Origin: Candidatus Eiseniibacteriota bacterium
Lineage (GTDB): Bacteria > Eisenbacteria > RBG-16-71-46
Assembly (NCBI GenBank): GCA_963725865.1
Contig: CAVSAC010000010.1
Span: 448,001 to 512,000, forward strand
Reading direction: 5' to 3'
DNA: 64,000 nt
The notes beneath the pieces are model-generated. The model searched no databases, was not told the origin of the DNA, and worked only from the letters and a program-made list of their open reading frames with translations. Positions 47,948 to 60,468 of the stretch are shown one piece after another; position 1 is the stretch's first letter; each line of letters begins with the position of its first letter. Made by a program: the position numbers and the translations under genes.

Positions 47948-48801
47948 GACGCATCCGGCTCCCGCCGCGCGGCGAGGCCGCGCGCGAGTGTCTCGGCCGC
48001 CTCGTCGACCGAGGTCGGGCGGCCGAGCCTCAGGCCCTTCTCCTCGAGGCGCTGGAACAGCTCGGCCAGCACCGGCGGCTCGATGTTGCTGCGACGCAGC
48101 ATGCCGGGATCGCGGAAGATGGTGGCGGGCGGCCCCTGCGCCACGATCTCGCCACCGCGCAGCAGCACGTAGACCTGGTCCGCCATCGCGGGGACCACGT
48201 TCACGTCGTGGGTCGCGATCACCAGCGAGACGCCGTGGTCGCGGTGCAGGCGGTTGAGCAGCTCGACCAGGTCGCTGCGCGACGCCGGATCGAGCCCTTC
48301 GAACGGCTCGTCGAGCACCAGCAGCTCGGGCTGCAACACCAGCGCGCCGGCGAGCGCCACCTTGCGCTTCTCGCCGCCCGAGAGGTGATGGCAGACCTTG
48401 TGACGCAGGTGCGCGATGCCCACCATCCCGAGCGCCTCCTCGACCAGCCGCTCCACCTCGGCATCGGGGTAGCCGTACGAGCGCGGCGAGAACGACACGT
48501 CGTCCCACACCGTCGGCGCCAGGATCTGCTCCTCGACGTTCTGCAGCAGCACGCCGATGCGCTCGCGGATGCGGTTGAAGTGGCGCGCGGGGCTGACCCC
48601 GAACACCGACACCTCGCCCTCGGCCGGCTCCAGCAGGCCCAGGATGTGGTAGAGCAGCGTGGTCTTGCCGCAGCCGTTCGGCCCCAGGATCACCACGCGC
48701 TCGGACGGCGCGACCACGAAGTCGAGCCCGCACAGGTGGACCTCGGTGCGGTCGGGGTACACGTGGCGCACGCACGAGACCCGGACGATCGGCTCGCTCA
48801 C
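47944..48801 (-). CDS. cbiO: ECF transporter ATPase (CbiO/NikO-like)
   Basis: GPNGCGKT, LSGGEKRKVALAG, LDEP and ATHD motifs. Confidence 0.88.
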   Translation of the reverse strand: MSEPIVRVSCVRHVYPDRTEVHLCGLDFVVAPSERVVILGPNGCGKTTLLYHILGLLEPAEGEVSVFGVSPARHFNRIRERIGVLLQNVEEQILAPTVWDDVSFSPRSYGYPDAEVERLVEEALGMVGIAHLRHKVCHHLSGGEKRKVALAGALVLQPELLVLDEPFEGLDPASRSDLVELLNRLHRDHGVSLVIATHDVNVVPAMADQVYVLLRGGEIVAQGPPATIFRDPGMLRRSNIEPPVLAELFQRLEEKGLRLGRPTSVDEAAETLARGLAARREPDAS

Positions 48802-49517
48802 GGCGTCCTCCACAGCAGAACGGCCGCCGCCGCCGCCGCGACGCCCGCCAGCGCCACGCCGAGGTCGGCGCGCGTCCACTCGGCCCAGTGCCGGCAGCCG
48901 CACATGCGCCCCGAGTGGCCGCGCAGCTGGAGGACCGCGACCAGTCGTTCGCTGCGCTCGAATCCGTACAGCACGAGCGTTCCGAGGCCCTCGCCCGCGA
49001 GCGTGAGCCGGCGCGGTGGCGGCGCGCTCGTCCCGCCGCGCAGCCGCATCGCGCGCCACAGGCGCTCGATCCGCGCCAGCAGCTCGAACAGCGCCCGATA
49101 GGTCAGGAACAGGCCGTCGCCGGCCGCGCGCGGCAGCAATCGCGAGAGCGGGGCGAACAGGTCGGGGTAGGGCGTGGTCCCCACCAGCCACACCGCGGTG
49201 AGGCTCGCGGTGATCGGCCGCGCCAGCAGTCGCAGCGGCGTCGCCCAGGTGCCGTCCCAGGCGGCGAACACGAACACCAGCGAGAACACGATCGGGTATC
49301 CGGCGGCCGCGAGCACCAGCCGCACGGGCAGGCGGCTGGTGGCCGCCAGCGCGAGCGCGCACCCGAACAGCGCACCCACCAGCGCGAGCGACGGCGCCAG
49401 CACCGCGAGCGCGATGAGCCCGGCCGCGAGCAACAGCTTCGACAGCGCGCTCGCGCGGTGCCACAGCGTGCCCCCGGCGCTCGCGTACCAGTCGATGCGC
49501 GAGATGGTGTCGATCAT
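48798..49517 (-). CDS. cbiQ: ECF transporter T component (CbiQ/NikQ-like)
   Basis: Hydrophobic; TTPYP, AMRLRG and LQLRG motifs; lies between cbiM and cbiO. Confidence 0.82.
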   Translation of the reverse strand: MIDTISRIDWYASAGGTLWHRASALSKLLLAAGLIALAVLAPSLALVGALFGCALALAATSRLPVRLVLAAAGYPIVFSLVFVFAAWDGTWATPLRLLARPITASLTAVWLVGTTPYPDLFAPLSRLLPRAAGDGLFLTYRALFELLARIERLWRAMRLRGGTSAPPPRRLTLAGEGLGTLVLYGFERSERLVAVLQLRGHSGRMCGCRHWAEWTRADLGVALAGVAAAAAAVLLWRTP

Positions 49518-50194
49518 CGCGTTCTCCCCGCAGTCGGCAGCAGATCGGGCCGCACCCGCGCCAGGAATCGTCCGGTCCCGTACGCGACCAGCGTCTCGAT
49601 CGCGATCCCCAGCAGCCACATCGGCAGCGCCACCGCGCCGAGGGCCATCGTACGCCCGGCGTGGAGCGGATGGGCGCCGTGGAGCGGCTCGAACGCGAAC
49701 CCGGGGCGCAGCTGCATCGCGGCCACGATCACCACCACCCACAGCAGCCCGGACACCGCCTGGGCGCCTGCCGTGGCGGCCGCGAGCGCGCCCGGCGCGC
49801 TCATGCGGGCGGCGAAGGCGCGGTACAGCGGGCGCGCGAGCGCGGTGCCGGCCCCCAGCACCAGCGCGTTGAGCCCGATCACGGTGAAGCCGCCGTGCCC
49901 GACGAACGCCAGGATGGTGACCGCGATGAACACCACCTGGTAGCCCCCCGCCGCACCCACCAGCACTCCGAGCGGGCCGATCAGGCTCAGATGGTACTCG
50001 AGCGGCCCGAGCGGGATCTCGATCGCCATCGCCGCCAGCACCAGGGCGCCGAGCGCGCTCTGGTAGCCCAGCCGTCGCCGCGCGTCGCCCTCGCCGCCGC
50101 GCGCGCTGATGGCCAACAGCACGAGCGCGAGCAACAGGGCGGGCACCCACACCATCAGCGGCAGCAGCCCGTCGGGAATGTGCAGGTGGGCCAT
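49514..50194 (-). CDS. cbiM: ECF Co/Ni transporter S component (CbiM/NikM-like)
   Basis: HIPDG near the N-terminus, YHLSL, GHGGFTVIGLN and RPDLL. Confidence 0.85.
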   Translation of the reverse strand: MAHLHIPDGLLPLMVWVPALLLALVLLAISARGGEGDARRRLGYQSALGALVLAAMAIEIPLGPLEYHLSLIGPLGVLVGAAGGYQVVFIAVTILAFVGHGGFTVIGLNALVLGAGTALARPLYRAFAARMSAPGALAAATAGAQAVSGLLWVVVIVAAMQLRPGFAFEPLHGAHPLHAGRTMALGAVALPMWLLGIAIETLVAYGTGRFLARVRPDLLPTAGRTR

Positions 50195-50195
50195 G

Positions 50196-50951
50196 TCACT
50201 GGGCCCAGGCGAGCGCGGCCGCGGCCGGCTCGGCGCCGGCGGCGGCGAGCGTGTCGAGGCACGACTCGAGCGTCGATCCGGTGGTGATCACGTCGTCCAC
50301 CACCAGCACCCGCCGGCCCGCGACCCCAGCGGGCCGCGCGAGTCGGAATGCGCCCGCCAGGTTCGCGCGCCGCGCGCGCGCGTCGAGGCGCGCCTGCGCC
50401 CGGGTGGGCCGCACGCGCACCAGCGGCCCCTGCAGCAGCGGCACCCCGAGGCGCTCGGCCACCGCCGACGCGAGCAGCGCGGCCTGGTCGTAGCCGCGCT
50501 CGCGCCGGCGCGCCGCGTGCAGCGGCACCCCGATCACCAGCTCGGGCGCCAGCGCGGGCGGCAGCGCCGCGGCGATCGCCGTGCCGAGCGACTCCGCGAG
50601 CGCGGGCCGCGCGGCGAACTTGAGCGCGTGCACCACCAGCGCCGCACGCTCGTCGTAGATCCATGCCGGCCACACGACGTGCGCGGCGTGGCGCCGGCAG
50701 CCGACCGGCTCGCGGCCGCGCGCGAGGCATCGCGCGCAGAGCGCGATCGCCACGCGCGGGATGCGGGCGAGGCAGTCCGCGCACAGCAGCGCGCGGGGAT
50801 CGGCGGCGGCTCCGCAGCCCGGGCAGCGCTGCGGGAGCGCGAACGCCTCGAGCACCTCCGCCAGCGGTCGCAGCGCGCGCGCGCCGGCGGCGAGCGCCGC
50901 CGGGCCCCGGCAGCCCGCGGTGGCGGCGAGGGCGGCGGCCGCGCCGCTCAT
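50196..50951 (-). CDS. comF: ComF family protein (zinc ribbon plus PRTase)
   Basis: CPGC, CADC, CARC, VPLH..R..ERGYDQ and VDDVITTGST motifs. Confidence 0.9.
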   Translation of the reverse strand: MSGAAAALAATAGCRGPAALAAGARALRPLAEVLEAFALPQRCPGCGAAADPRALLCADCLARIPRVAIALCARCLARGREPVGCRRHAAHVVWPAWIYDERAALVVHALKFAARPALAESLGTAIAAALPPALAPELVIGVPLHAARRRERGYDQAALLASAVAERLGVPLLQGPLVRVRPTRAQARLDARARRANLAGAFRLARPAGVAGRRVLVVDDVITTGSTLESCLDTLAAAGAEPAAAALAWAQ

Positions 50952-51748
50952 CGGGGCCATCCGACCGCGCGCGCGAGCGGCTCCAGCGGCACTTCGCGCC
51001 CGGTCCAGATCGCGAGCGCCCGCCGCGCCTGGTGCACCAGCAGTCCGAGGCCGTCGAAGGACTGGCGGCCGGCCGCGCGCGCCGCCAGCACCCACGGGGT
51101 CGGCTCGGGCCCGTACACCAGGTCCAGCACCAGCGCGGCGGGCGGGATGCGCTCCACGGGATAGGCACCGCTGAGGCCCGCGAGCGGCGTGCCGTTCACC
51201 ACCACGTCGGCCACCGCCACCGCCGCGTGCACCGACTCCGTGCCCCACGGGATCACCGCGGCACCGGCGATCTCGTGCCACGCGGCGGCCGCCGCGGCGG
51301 GGCGCCGCGCCGCGACCGTGACCGACGCGCCCGCCTCGATGAGCGCGAGGCCGATGCTGCGCGCCGCTCCGCCGGCCCCCAGCAGCACGACGCGCAGGCC
51401 ATCGCACGCGCGACCCTGGGCGCGCAGCAGATCGATGAAGCCGGCGCCGTCGGTGGTGTCGCCGCGCACGGCGTCGGCGTCGAACGAGACCGTGTTCACC
51501 GACCGCGCGCGCCGCGCGGACGGCGCGATCGCGCCGACGTGCCCGAGCGCGGCCTCCTTGAGCGGAGACGTGAGGTTCACGCCGCGGAACCCCGCCGCGA
51601 TCAGCTCGGCGAACACGCTGCCGAGCCGCGCGGGCGTCACCCGGAGCGGTTCGGACTCGCCGTGCAGGCCGAGTGCCGCGAGCCCCGCGCGATGGAGTTC
51701 GGGCGAGCGGGTGTAGCTCAGCGGATCACCGAGGACCGCGAGGCGCAC
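50948..51748 (-). CDS. aroE: Shikimate dehydrogenase
   Basis: GDP....SP..H, GVNLTSPLK, SVNT, TDG.G, GAGGAAR and DLVY motifs. Confidence 0.92.
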   Translation of the reverse strand: MRLAVLGDPLSYTRSPELHRAGLAALGLHGESEPLRVTPARLGSVFAELIAAGFRGVNLTSPLKEAALGHVGAIAPSARRARSVNTVSFDADAVRGDTTDGAGFIDLLRAQGRACDGLRVVLLGAGGAARSIGLALIEAGASVTVAARRPAAAAAAWHEIAGAAVIPWGTESVHAAVAVADVVVNGTPLAGLSGAYPVERIPPAALVLDLVYGPEPTPWVLAARAAGRQSFDGLGLLVHQARRALAIWTGREVPLEPLARAVGWPR

Positions 51749-51757
51749 GGCGGGCGC

Positions 51758-52540
51758 TCACGCCGGCACGCTGCGCCGCAGGCGCAGCATCATGAGCACG
51801 CCGAACAGCGCGAGCGCGACGCTGGTGAGCTGACTCTCGGTGAACGGCACCCCGCCGATCGTCGCGAGCACGGCGCCGGGCTCGTAGGCGCGCGTCAGGT
51901 CGATCGGGATGCGCACCAGGGAGAACGCCAGCACGAAGCCCCAGAACAGCGTGCCGGGGGGCGCCAGCCGCTTGCGCAGCGCCCAGGCCAGCGCGAACAG
52001 CCCCAGTCCGGCGGCGGCGTTGTAGAGCTGCGACGGATGCACGGGCACCGTCCCGTAGTCGAGCCCCGCGAAGGAGTCGGCCGGGAACTCGACGCCCCAC
52101 GGCAGCCGGGTGGGGCGCCCGTAGCAGCAACCGTTGAGGAAGCATCCGACGCGCCCGAACATGGTGCCCAGGGCCAGCGACGGGGTGAGCGCGTCGGCCA
52201 CGGTCCACATCGGCTGGTGGAGCCGCCGCGCGACCAGCAGGCCGGCCACCGTGCCGCCCACGATGCCGCCATAGAGCGTGAGCCCGCCCTGCCACAGTGC
52301 CAGCACGCTGCCCCACTGGCGGCGGAAGTCCTCGAGGTGCTCCATCACGTAAAGCAGCCGCGCCCCCAGCACCGAGCACACGAGCGTGGCCAGGATGATG
52401 GTCACCAGCGCGTCCTCGTCGATCCGCAGCCGGCGCGCCTCGCGCAGCGCCAGCCAGGTGCCGAACAGGAACGCGATCGCGAGCATCAGGCCGTAGGAGC
52501 GGATGTGAAGCGCCCCCCAGTGGAGGATTTCGGGATGCAC
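51758..52540 (-). CDS. lgt: Prolipoprotein diacylglyceryl transferase
   Basis: SYG, GARLLY, WQGGL..YGG, GRVGCFLNGCCYG and HPSQLY motifs. Confidence 0.93.
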   Translation of the reverse strand: MHPEILHWGALHIRSYGLMLAIAFLFGTWLALREARRLRIDEDALVTIILATLVCSVLGARLLYVMEHLEDFRRQWGSVLALWQGGLTLYGGIVGGTVAGLLVARRLHQPMWTVADALTPSLALGTMFGRVGCFLNGCCYGRPTRLPWGVEFPADSFAGLDYGTVPVHPSQLYNAAAGLGLFALAWALRKRLAPPGTLFWGFVLAFSLVRIPIDLTRAYEPGAVLATIGGVPFTESQLTSVALALFGVLMMLRLRRSVPA

Positions 52541-52544
52541 GGAA

Positions 52545-53771
52545 TCAGAACTCCCGGCGCCGCAGCGCCACGTTCTGGAGCAGGCCAAGCTGGACGCCGT
52601 TCACGATCAGCGCGGTCCCGCCGTACGACAGCAACGGCAGCGGCAGCCCGGTCACCGGCGCCCAGCCGATGGTCATGAGCATGTTCACCATCACCTGGTA
52701 GAACAGGGCGGACACCAAGCCCACCGCCATCAGGCTGGCGAACGCACCGCGTGCGATCACCGCGAGGCGGAACCCACGCAGGATGACGACCGCGTACAGT
52801 AGCACCACCGTCAACGAGCCCAGCAGCCCCAGCTCCTCGCCCACCACCGAGAAGATGAAGTCGGTGTGACGCATGGGCAGGAAGGCGAGCGCCTTCTGAG
52901 TGCCCTTCAGGTAGCCCTTCCCCAGCACGCCGCCGGAGCCGATCGCGATCCGCGACTGGATGATCTGATACCCGGACCCGTACGGATCGTTGTCCGGATT
53001 CAGAAACGTCTCGATGCGGCGCTTCTGATATTCCTCGAGATGGTTCCAGATGCGCGGCATCGAGGCACCCACCGCCACGTTCATGACCAGCACCGCGATC
53101 AGCAGCGGCAGCCGCGGGCGCGCGAACGCCAGCAGCGCCACGAACAGCCCGCCGAACCACCACAGCGAGCCGGTGATGAAGAACAGCACCACGTTGAACA
53201 CCGGCGACAGCCCCAGCAGCAGGCTGCCGAGCGGCATGCCCGCCCAGAAATACATCGCCACGAGGATCACCGGGAACGACAGCGAGGTGCCGAGGTCGGG
53301 CTCCTTGGCGACCAGCGCGAACGGGATCAGCACCAGGATCAGCGGCGGCACCCAGTGGCCGACCTTGCGCAGGTCGAGCTTGGGATCGTCGAAGCGGCGC
53401 GCGAGCAGCACGACGGTGGCGATCTTCGCCAGCTCGGAAGGCTGGAACTTGATCGGGCCCAGGTCGAGCCAGCGCTTGGCACCCATCGCGCTGTGACCGA
53501 TCACCAGCACCGCCACGAGCAGCAGCAGCGCGACTCCGTAGAACGGCCACGCCAGCGAGTCGTACACGCGCAGCGGGATGGCGGCCGCCACCCACGCCGC
53601 GACGAGCGCCACGCCGGCCCACAGCAGCTGGCGCGTCCACAGGCCCTCGTGCGCCCCCGGCACCGAGGTGGCGCTGAACACGATCGCGAGGCCGATGAAC
53701 ACCAGGCCGAGCGCCGCGAGCGCCATTGGCGTGTCGAGCGGCGGAACGTGCAGGCGGAGTCTAGTCGGCAA
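52545..53771 (-). CDS. rodA: Rod shape-determining protein RodA
   Basis: GAKRW, FQPSELAK, EPDLGT, GYQIIQS and HTDFIF motifs; TTG start inferred. Confidence 0.95.
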   Translation of the reverse strand: MPTRLRLHVPPLDTPMALAALGLVFIGLAIVFSATSVPGAHEGLWTRQLLWAGVALVAAWVAAAIPLRVYDSLAWPFYGVALLLLVAVLVIGHSAMGAKRWLDLGPIKFQPSELAKIATVVLLARRFDDPKLDLRKVGHWVPPLILVLIPFALVAKEPDLGTSLSFPVILVAMYFWAGMPLGSLLLGLSPVFNVVLFFITGSLWWFGGLFVALLAFARPRLPLLIAVLVMNVAVGASMPRIWNHLEEYQKRRIETFLNPDNDPYGSGYQIIQSRIAIGSGGVLGKGYLKGTQKALAFLPMRHTDFIFSVVGEELGLLGSLTVVLLYAVVILRGFRLAVIARGAFASLMAVGLVSALFYQVMVNMLMTIGWAPVTGLPLPLLSYGGTALIVNGVQLGLLQNVALRRREF

Positions 53772-55632
53772 CGGTGTCCCCCGTGGTGTCGGGCATGACG
53801 TGCGTGACGGCCGCGCGCGGGTGGAGCAGCGCGGTGGCGACCGAGTCCGGCAGCAGCACGCGCGCGAGCACGCGCCGGGCGCGCGGCGCGGCCACGCTGC
53901 CGCCGTGTCCACTGTTTTCGACCACCATCGCGATCGCGATCCGCGGGTCCTCGACCGGGGCATAGCACACGAACAGCGCGTGGTCCTTGCCGTGCGGATT
54001 CTGCGCCGTCCCGGTCTTGCCGGCCACCCGCACGCCCGGTATGCGCGCCGCCGTGCCGGTGCCCGAGTCGATCACCAATTCGAGCCCCTCGTGGATCGCC
54101 GCCCAGGTCTCGGCGCTCGCCGTCACCCCGCTCTGGGTCGGGCGCTCGACCCTGAAGTCGCGCGCGCCGCTCACGTGGTCGACGATGTGCGGGCGCAGTG
54201 CGCGGCCGCTCTCGGCGATCTCCGCGGTCATCAGAGCCAGCTGCAGGGGCGTGAGCAGCAGCTCGCCCTGGCCGATCGCGAGGTTCAGCATCACGCCCTT
54301 GCGCATCCCTCCCTTGCCCCACCGCCGCTCGTACCACGCGGCATCCGGGATCAGCCCGCGCCGCTCCTGCGGCAGGTCGATGCCGGTGCGGTCGCCGAGT
54401 CCCAGGTCCTTGGCGGTGCGCGAGAGCGCGTCGAGCCCGAGGCGGATGCCGATCTGGTAGAAGTACACGTCGCAGGAGTGCTGCAGGGCGCCGACGAAAT
54501 CGAGCGAGCCGTGCCCGCGCGGGTTCCAGCAGCCGAACGCGCGGCCGCCGAACACGTAGTGCCCGGAGCACGGCGCCAGCCGCGTCGCGCGAGTGGCCAC
54601 CCCGCTGCGCAGGGCGGCGGTCATGGTCACGATCTTGAACGTGGAGCCGGGCGGATAGACGCCCTGCAGCGCGCGGTCGAGCAGCGGATTCGAGCCGCCG
54701 CTCGAGATCTCCTCCCAGCGCGCGCGCGTGAGCCCGTAGGAGAACTCGTTCGGGTCGTAGGCCGGCCGGCTCACCAGCGCGAGCACCCCGCCATCGCGCG
54801 GATCCAGCACCACGGCCGCGCCCCGCTCGACGCCGTCCATCGCCTCCTCGAGCGCGCGCTGCACCTTCAGGTCGAGCGTCAGCCGCAGATCGTGGCCCGC
54901 CACCGGCGGCCGCGGCGGTCCCTCGGTCAGGGTCGAGACCCGCCGCCCCATGGCGTTGACCACCACGAACTCCGCGCCGTCCACCCCGCGCAGGATGTCC
55001 TCGTACGCCCGCTCGACGCCGGTGCGCCCGATCAAGTCTCCGGGGCGGTAGCCGAGCACTCCCCGCTCCACGAGCTCCTGATCGTTGATCTCGCCCGCGT
55101 AGCCGAGCAGGTGGGCCGCCAGCGTGCCGTTGGGATAGCGCCGGATCGGCTCGACCTGCACCTCGAGCCCCGGCAGCTCGCCGCGCACCTCCTCGACCGC
55201 GGCCAGGACCTCGAACGGCGCGGTGCGTCGCAGCACCGCGGACTTCCCGGTGGCGTTCGCCTCCGCGACGCGGCGGCGCAACAGCAGGGTATCGAGGCCG
55301 ACCACCGCGCTGACGCGCGAGATCCACTCCTCGGAGCGCGTCTCGCGGATACGGTGCGCGCTCTCCGCCGGGAACGGGCGAAACACGATGGTGAACGAGG
55401 GGGCGCTGTCGGCGAGCAGCTCGCCGTTGCGATCGTAGATCGCCCCGCGCGGCGCGCGCAGCACCTCGAGCCGCACGCGGTTCTCCTTCGCCAGCTCGCG
55501 GTAGCGGTCGTGCTCGACCACCTGCAACCGCAGCAGGCCCAGCACCACGAGCGCGAATCCGCTGCCCGCGAGCGCCGCGAGCAGCCGGAAGCGCTCCTCC
55601 CTAAGCGGACGGACGCGAACCGACGGCTGCAT
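53761..55632 (-). CDS. mrdA: Penicillin-binding protein 2
   Basis: [30 protein letters not shown] and GKTGTAQ motifs. Confidence 0.95.
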   Translation of the reverse strand: MQPSVRVRPLREERFRLLAALAGSGFALVVLGLLRLQVVEHDRYRELAKENRVRLEVLRAPRGAIYDRNGELLADSAPSFTIVFRPFPAESAHRIRETRSEEWISRVSAVVGLDTLLLRRRVAEANATGKSAVLRRTAPFEVLAAVEEVRGELPGLEVQVEPIRRYPNGTLAAHLLGYAGEINDQELVERGVLGYRPGDLIGRTGVERAYEDILRGVDGAEFVVVNAMGRRVSTLTEGPPRPPVAGHDLRLTLDLKVQRALEEAMDGVERGAAVVLDPRDGGVLALVSRPAYDPNEFSYGLTRARWEEISSGGSNPLLDRALQGVYPPGSTFKIVTMTAALRSGVATRATRLAPCSGHYVFGGRAFGCWNPRGHGSLDFVGALQHSCDVYFYQIGIRLGLDALSRTAKDLGLGDRTGIDLPQERRGLIPDAAWYERRWGKGGMRKGVMLNLAIGQGELLLTPLQLALMTAEIAESGRALRPHIVDHVSGARDFRVERPTQSGVTASAETWAAIHEGLELVIDSGTGTAARIPGVRVAGKTGTAQNPHGKDHALFVCYAPVEDPRIAIAMVVENSGHGGSVAAPRARRVLARVLLPDSVATALLHPRAAVTHVMPDTTGDTVAD

Positions 55633-56113
55633 GACCGAACAGGGGTTGCCCGCTGACCTGGCGAACGATGCCGAGCAGCGCGGTGCCCGCGAGTGCGCTG
55701 ACCGCCGAGCCCAGCAGCGCCCGGCCCGCCAGCAGCAGGAGCGCGGAGGGCGTGCCCGACTCGAACAGCATCGCCCAGGTCTGGTGCACCAGCGTCGCGA
55801 CGAAGAACAGCACCAGCTGGGTGCGCGCGCTGTCGCGCACCAGCGTGCGGCTGAGTCGGCCGACGACGTAGCCGATCAACGCCAGCATCAGGGCGTGCCG
55901 CCCGAGCCAGTGGGCAACGTCGAGATCTGCGAACAGCCCCAGCACGAATCCGAACGTGGAGCCCCACGACTCGTGGTGGCGCAGCGCCCACACCACGGTG
56001 ACGAACGCCAGCACGTCGAGCGTGAGCCCGCGGGCCGCCAGCGCGCTCAGCGCGGTGGAGCGCAGCAGCAGCGCGACGAACGCGAGGATCAGCAGCGAGA
56101 GCACGGCCTTCAT
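55601..56113 (-). CDS. mreD: Rod shape-determining protein MreD
   Basis: Hydrophobic 170 aa with [10 protein letters not shown]; lies between mreC and mrdA. Confidence 0.85.
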   Translation of the reverse strand: MKAVLSLLILAFVALLLRSTALSALAARGLTLDVLAFVTVVWALRHHESWGSTFGFVLGLFADLDVAHWLGRHALMLALIGYVVGRLSRTLVRDSARTQLVLFFVATLVHQTWAMLFESGTPSALLLLAGRALLGSAVSALAGTALLGIVRQVSGQPLFGHAAVGSRPSA

Positions 56114-56919
56114 CGTGTCCTCCCGGCGCCGGCCGGACGCACCAGCACGAACGCGTGGCGGATGCGCGACAGCCGCGCCGCCGGTTCGATCTCGACCTCT
56201 TGCGTGAGGCCGCTCGGATCGCGCACGGCGCGCACCACGCGCCCGACCGGCAGCCCGCGCGGGTAGCGGGCGGTGAGGCCCGACGTGATCACGCGCTGGC
56301 CGCTGCGCACGGTGTCCGAGAGCGGCACGCCCGTCAGCACCAGGTGCGGGTCGGGCGCCGGCGCGGCCCGCAGCACGCCGAGCACGCCCGTGCTCTCGAC
56401 CTCGCAGGCGACCGCCGAGTTGGGATCGGTCAGGAGCACCACCCGCGCGAGCGAGGGCCACGCCTCGCCGACGCGGCCGAGCAGGCCTTCGCGCGTGATC
56501 ACCACGTCGCCCTCCTGCACACCCTGGCGCCGGCCGGCGCTCACCGTGGCCGCGAGCGGCGGTGCGTCGCCCGCGAGCGCCAGCACCTCCACCGGCCGCA
56601 GCGTCATGCCCGAAGGGACCGGCAGCTCGAGGCTGTCGCGCAGCCGCAGGTTCTCCACCCCCGCCACGCGCAGGCGCTGGTTCTCGATCTCGAGCTCGGC
56701 GAGGCGCTGGTGGAGCTGCTGGTTCTCGCGCCAGGCGGCCGCGATGCGGTCGGCCGACAGCACCACGCGGTCGAACGGCGAGAACACCCACGCGCCGATC
56801 CCGCGCAGCGCGCCCTGCGGGATGTGGTCGCCGACGATCAGCAGAAGCAGCGAGAGCGCCGCGTAGGCGCCCAACAGGACGCTGCTGCGGCGCTCCGCCG
56901 GCGGGAGGAAGCCTCCCAT
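56110..56919 (-). CDS. mreC: Rod shape-determining protein MreC
   Basis: TM plus coiled coil (ENQQL..ENLRLR), GLLGRV, VITSGL...YPRGLPVG. Confidence 0.92.
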   Translation of the reverse strand: MGGFLPPAERRSSVLLGAYAALSLLLLIVGDHIPQGALRGIGAWVFSPFDRVVLSADRIAAAWRENQQLHQRLAELEIENQRLRVAGVENLRLRDSLELPVPSGMTLRPVEVLALAGDAPPLAATVSAGRRQGVQEGDVVITREGLLGRVGEAWPSLARVVLLTDPNSAVACEVESTGVLGVLRAAPAPDPHLVLTGVPLSDTVRSGQRVITSGLTARYPRGLPVGRVVRAVRDPSGLTQEVEIEPAARLSRIRHAFVLVRPAGAGRTR

Positions 56920-56922
56920 CGA

Positions 56923-58113
<1,191 letters not shown>

Positions 58114-58326
58114 TCATCGCCCTCCGCGTTCGCGCCCCGCCGTGGACCGCATCGATCGGCGCGTTCCGTGGGCCTCGCAGCCCGCCGGGCGACTCGGGAG
58201 AACGCGACTTTTCGGGCGCAGGACGGCGGTCCCGGGGTATGCCCAGTGGTGCCCGCGGTCGTTGACCGGGTTTCCGCGCCGATGCTAGCCTGCCCACTCG
58301 ATGAATCCGGCCCGTCCCGAGCCCGC

Positions 58327-60468
58327 ATGATGCACCCGAGCCGTCTCGCGGTCCTCCTCGTCCCGATCGTGCTGGGCCTGCTCGCCGCCACCCTTCCGGG
58401 CCGCGCCCAGACCCCCGTCCGGTACTACGCCAACGCCGACACCACGCTGCTCCGGGACACCCTGGGGCTCAAGTTCGACACGCTGTTCCCGCTCGCGGAC
58501 AGCCTGCGGGTCACCGCCGACACCCTGCGCGCGCTCTCGATCCGCTACCGGGCGCCGCTGTGGCGGATCGTGAAGCTGGCCGACAGCCTGGCGGTCCCGA
58601 TGGACAGCGTGGCCGCGGTGATGCAGCGCGAGCGCTTCAACCCGCTGGCGGCCACCGCGGACTTCACGAACCAGTTCGGGTACAACTCGACCTACGACAT
58701 CCAGCGCACCTCGAGCAGCTGGCTGAGCGGGGCCCACTGGAACTACGTCTCGCGCGCTCTGGTGCTCAACAACCAGACCACCATCACGATGGCGCGCATC
58801 AAGGACGCCAAGGGGAGCGCGCCACAGCAGACCCGCGACATGGTGACCGAGGCCGGGTGGCGCTTCTCGCGCGAATTCTCGGTCGGAGGTCGCGCGCACG
58901 TGTATCGCTACGATTACCCCGCGTCGACCGACGCGGCGGCCACGACGAACGAGTTCTCCGCCCCCGTGCGATTCAAGGCCCGCCCGACGAAGAACCTGAA
59001 CACCGAGCTGAACGTGCTACCGGGCGCGGTGGACCTGACCGACGTGCGCCAGGTCAAGCGCGGGTCGAGCGCTCAGGTCGACGGACGCGTGCGCTACTCG
59101 CGCGGCGGATTTCTGACGGGAGACGTGAGCGGACTCCTGTCGGGCAACCTCACCCGGACGCGACAGCCCGAATCGGACGTCACGTTCCGCACCCGGGACT
59201 CGCGCCGGAACCTGAGCGGCACGCTCGGCCTGTTCACGTCGTCCCCGGTGGGCGCCAATCTGAACTATCGGCTCTCGCGCTCGGTGACCGAGACCCCGCC
59301 GGCGCTGGACACTGCGCGCGTCCAGCAGCTCATCAACCAGAACGATGGCGCCGAGCTCACGGTGCGCGGGCGGCTCGACAACGACCGCCTGGTGAACGTC
59401 ACCGGCCGATGGTCGAAGACCCAGACCGCTCAGAACGACGCGCTTGCGACGTTCACGACCGGCCGCACGCTCGGGATCAGCGCCGATGGCCGCTACATCG
59501 TCCTGAGCCTGCCCTTCGAGTGGCAGTTCTCGAACGGCGTCACGAACAGCGACTACCCGCGCCGGGCCGCGACCGGTGGCTACGGCCAGCGCAGCCACGA
59601 CCGCAGGATCCAGGTCTCCGTGGATCGACCGATCGCGGGCGGGCACCTGACCCTGCACGCCAAGGGCTCCGTGAGCCTGACCTCCGCGCGCTACACGACG
59701 ATCGGGACCTACCCGACACCGCCGGTCGACAACGACCGCTACGACCAGGGCTATCGCCTGGGAGCGGACTACGTGCCCACGCAGGACTTCAACACCGGGG
59801 TCGCGCTCGACGTGCAGCGCTCGCTGACCATCAACATCCCCTCGGGCAGCACCGGGGCCAACAGCCAGGACAATCGCTACGGGGCCGATTGGCGCTGGTC
59901 CTACCGCCTGTTCCCCGACCTCACGGTCAACCAGAGCAACGGCATCCTGGCCGACTACCTCACCTACGTCTATCGCCCGACCACCAATCGCCTGACCCTG
60001 CTCTACCGCACGACGACCACCATGTCCGCCGTGTTGTCCCCGCGATTCGAGTTCAGCATGACGCACAGCGCGGTCTACCAGCCTGGCGGGAACTACACGC
60101 TCCAGGCCGACGGCCAGGAGGGATTCACGAAGGCGGACGAGTCGAAGAACTACACGCTGGTCGGCCAGTTCTCCTACCGCCCGTCGCCCATGCTGGTGTT
60201 CGTGTTCGGCCCCAACTACACCTCCAGCGACCGCAAGAGCACTCAGAACGGTGCGCTGGCTCCCAGCCGGCGCGACCAGAGCTTCACGTTCTCCGGCGGT
60301 GCTACACTCAACGTCGCCCTGGGGAGCCGCGGGAAGCTCACGGGCAACATCAATCGGACCAGTTCGAACACCAGCGCCACCTCGTGGTCGCAGGGGATCC
60401 CGCAGGAGCAGCCGGGACTCTCGCAGGGCTTCTGGAACGGTCAGCTCCAACTCTCGTGGGACCTGTGA
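58327..60468 (+). CDS. Large outer-membrane beta-barrel-like protein, function unknown
   Basis: Signal peptide, short helical N-domain, long Ser/Thr/Asn/Tyr-rich amphipathic strands, ends GQLQLSWDL. Confidence 0.7.
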   Translation: MMHPSRLAVLLVPIVLGLLAATLPGRAQTPVRYYANADTTLLRDTLGLKFDTLFPLADSLRVTADTLRALSIRYRAPLWRIVKLADSLAVPMDSVAAVMQRERFNPLAATADFTNQFGYNSTYDIQRTSSSWLSGAHWNYVSRALVLNNQTTITMARIKDAKGSAPQQTRDMVTEAGWRFSREFSVGGRAHVYRYDYPASTDAAATTNEFSAPVRFKARPTKNLNTELNVLPGAVDLTDVRQVKRGSSAQVDGRVRYSRGGFLTGDVSGLLSGNLTRTRQPESDVTFRTRDSRRNLSGTLGLFTSSPVGANLNYRLSRSVTETPPALDTARVQQLINQNDGAELTVRGRLDNDRLVNVTGRWSKTQTAQNDALATFTTGRTLGISADGRYIVLSLPFEWQFSNGVTNSDYPRRAATGGYGQRSHDRRIQVSVDRPIAGGHLTLHAKGSVSLTSARYTTIGTYPTPPVDNDRYDQGYRLGADYVPTQDFNTGVALDVQRSLTINIPSGSTGANSQDNRYGADWRWSYRLFPDLTVNQSNGILADYLTYVYRPTTNRLTLLYRTTTTMSAVLSPRFEFSMTHSAVYQPGGNYTLQADGQEGFTKADESKNYTLVGQFSYRPSPMLVFVFGPNYTSSDRKSTQNGALAPSRRDQSFTFSGGATLNVALGSRGKLTGNINRTSSNTSATSWSQGIPQEQPGLSQGFWNGQLQLSWDL

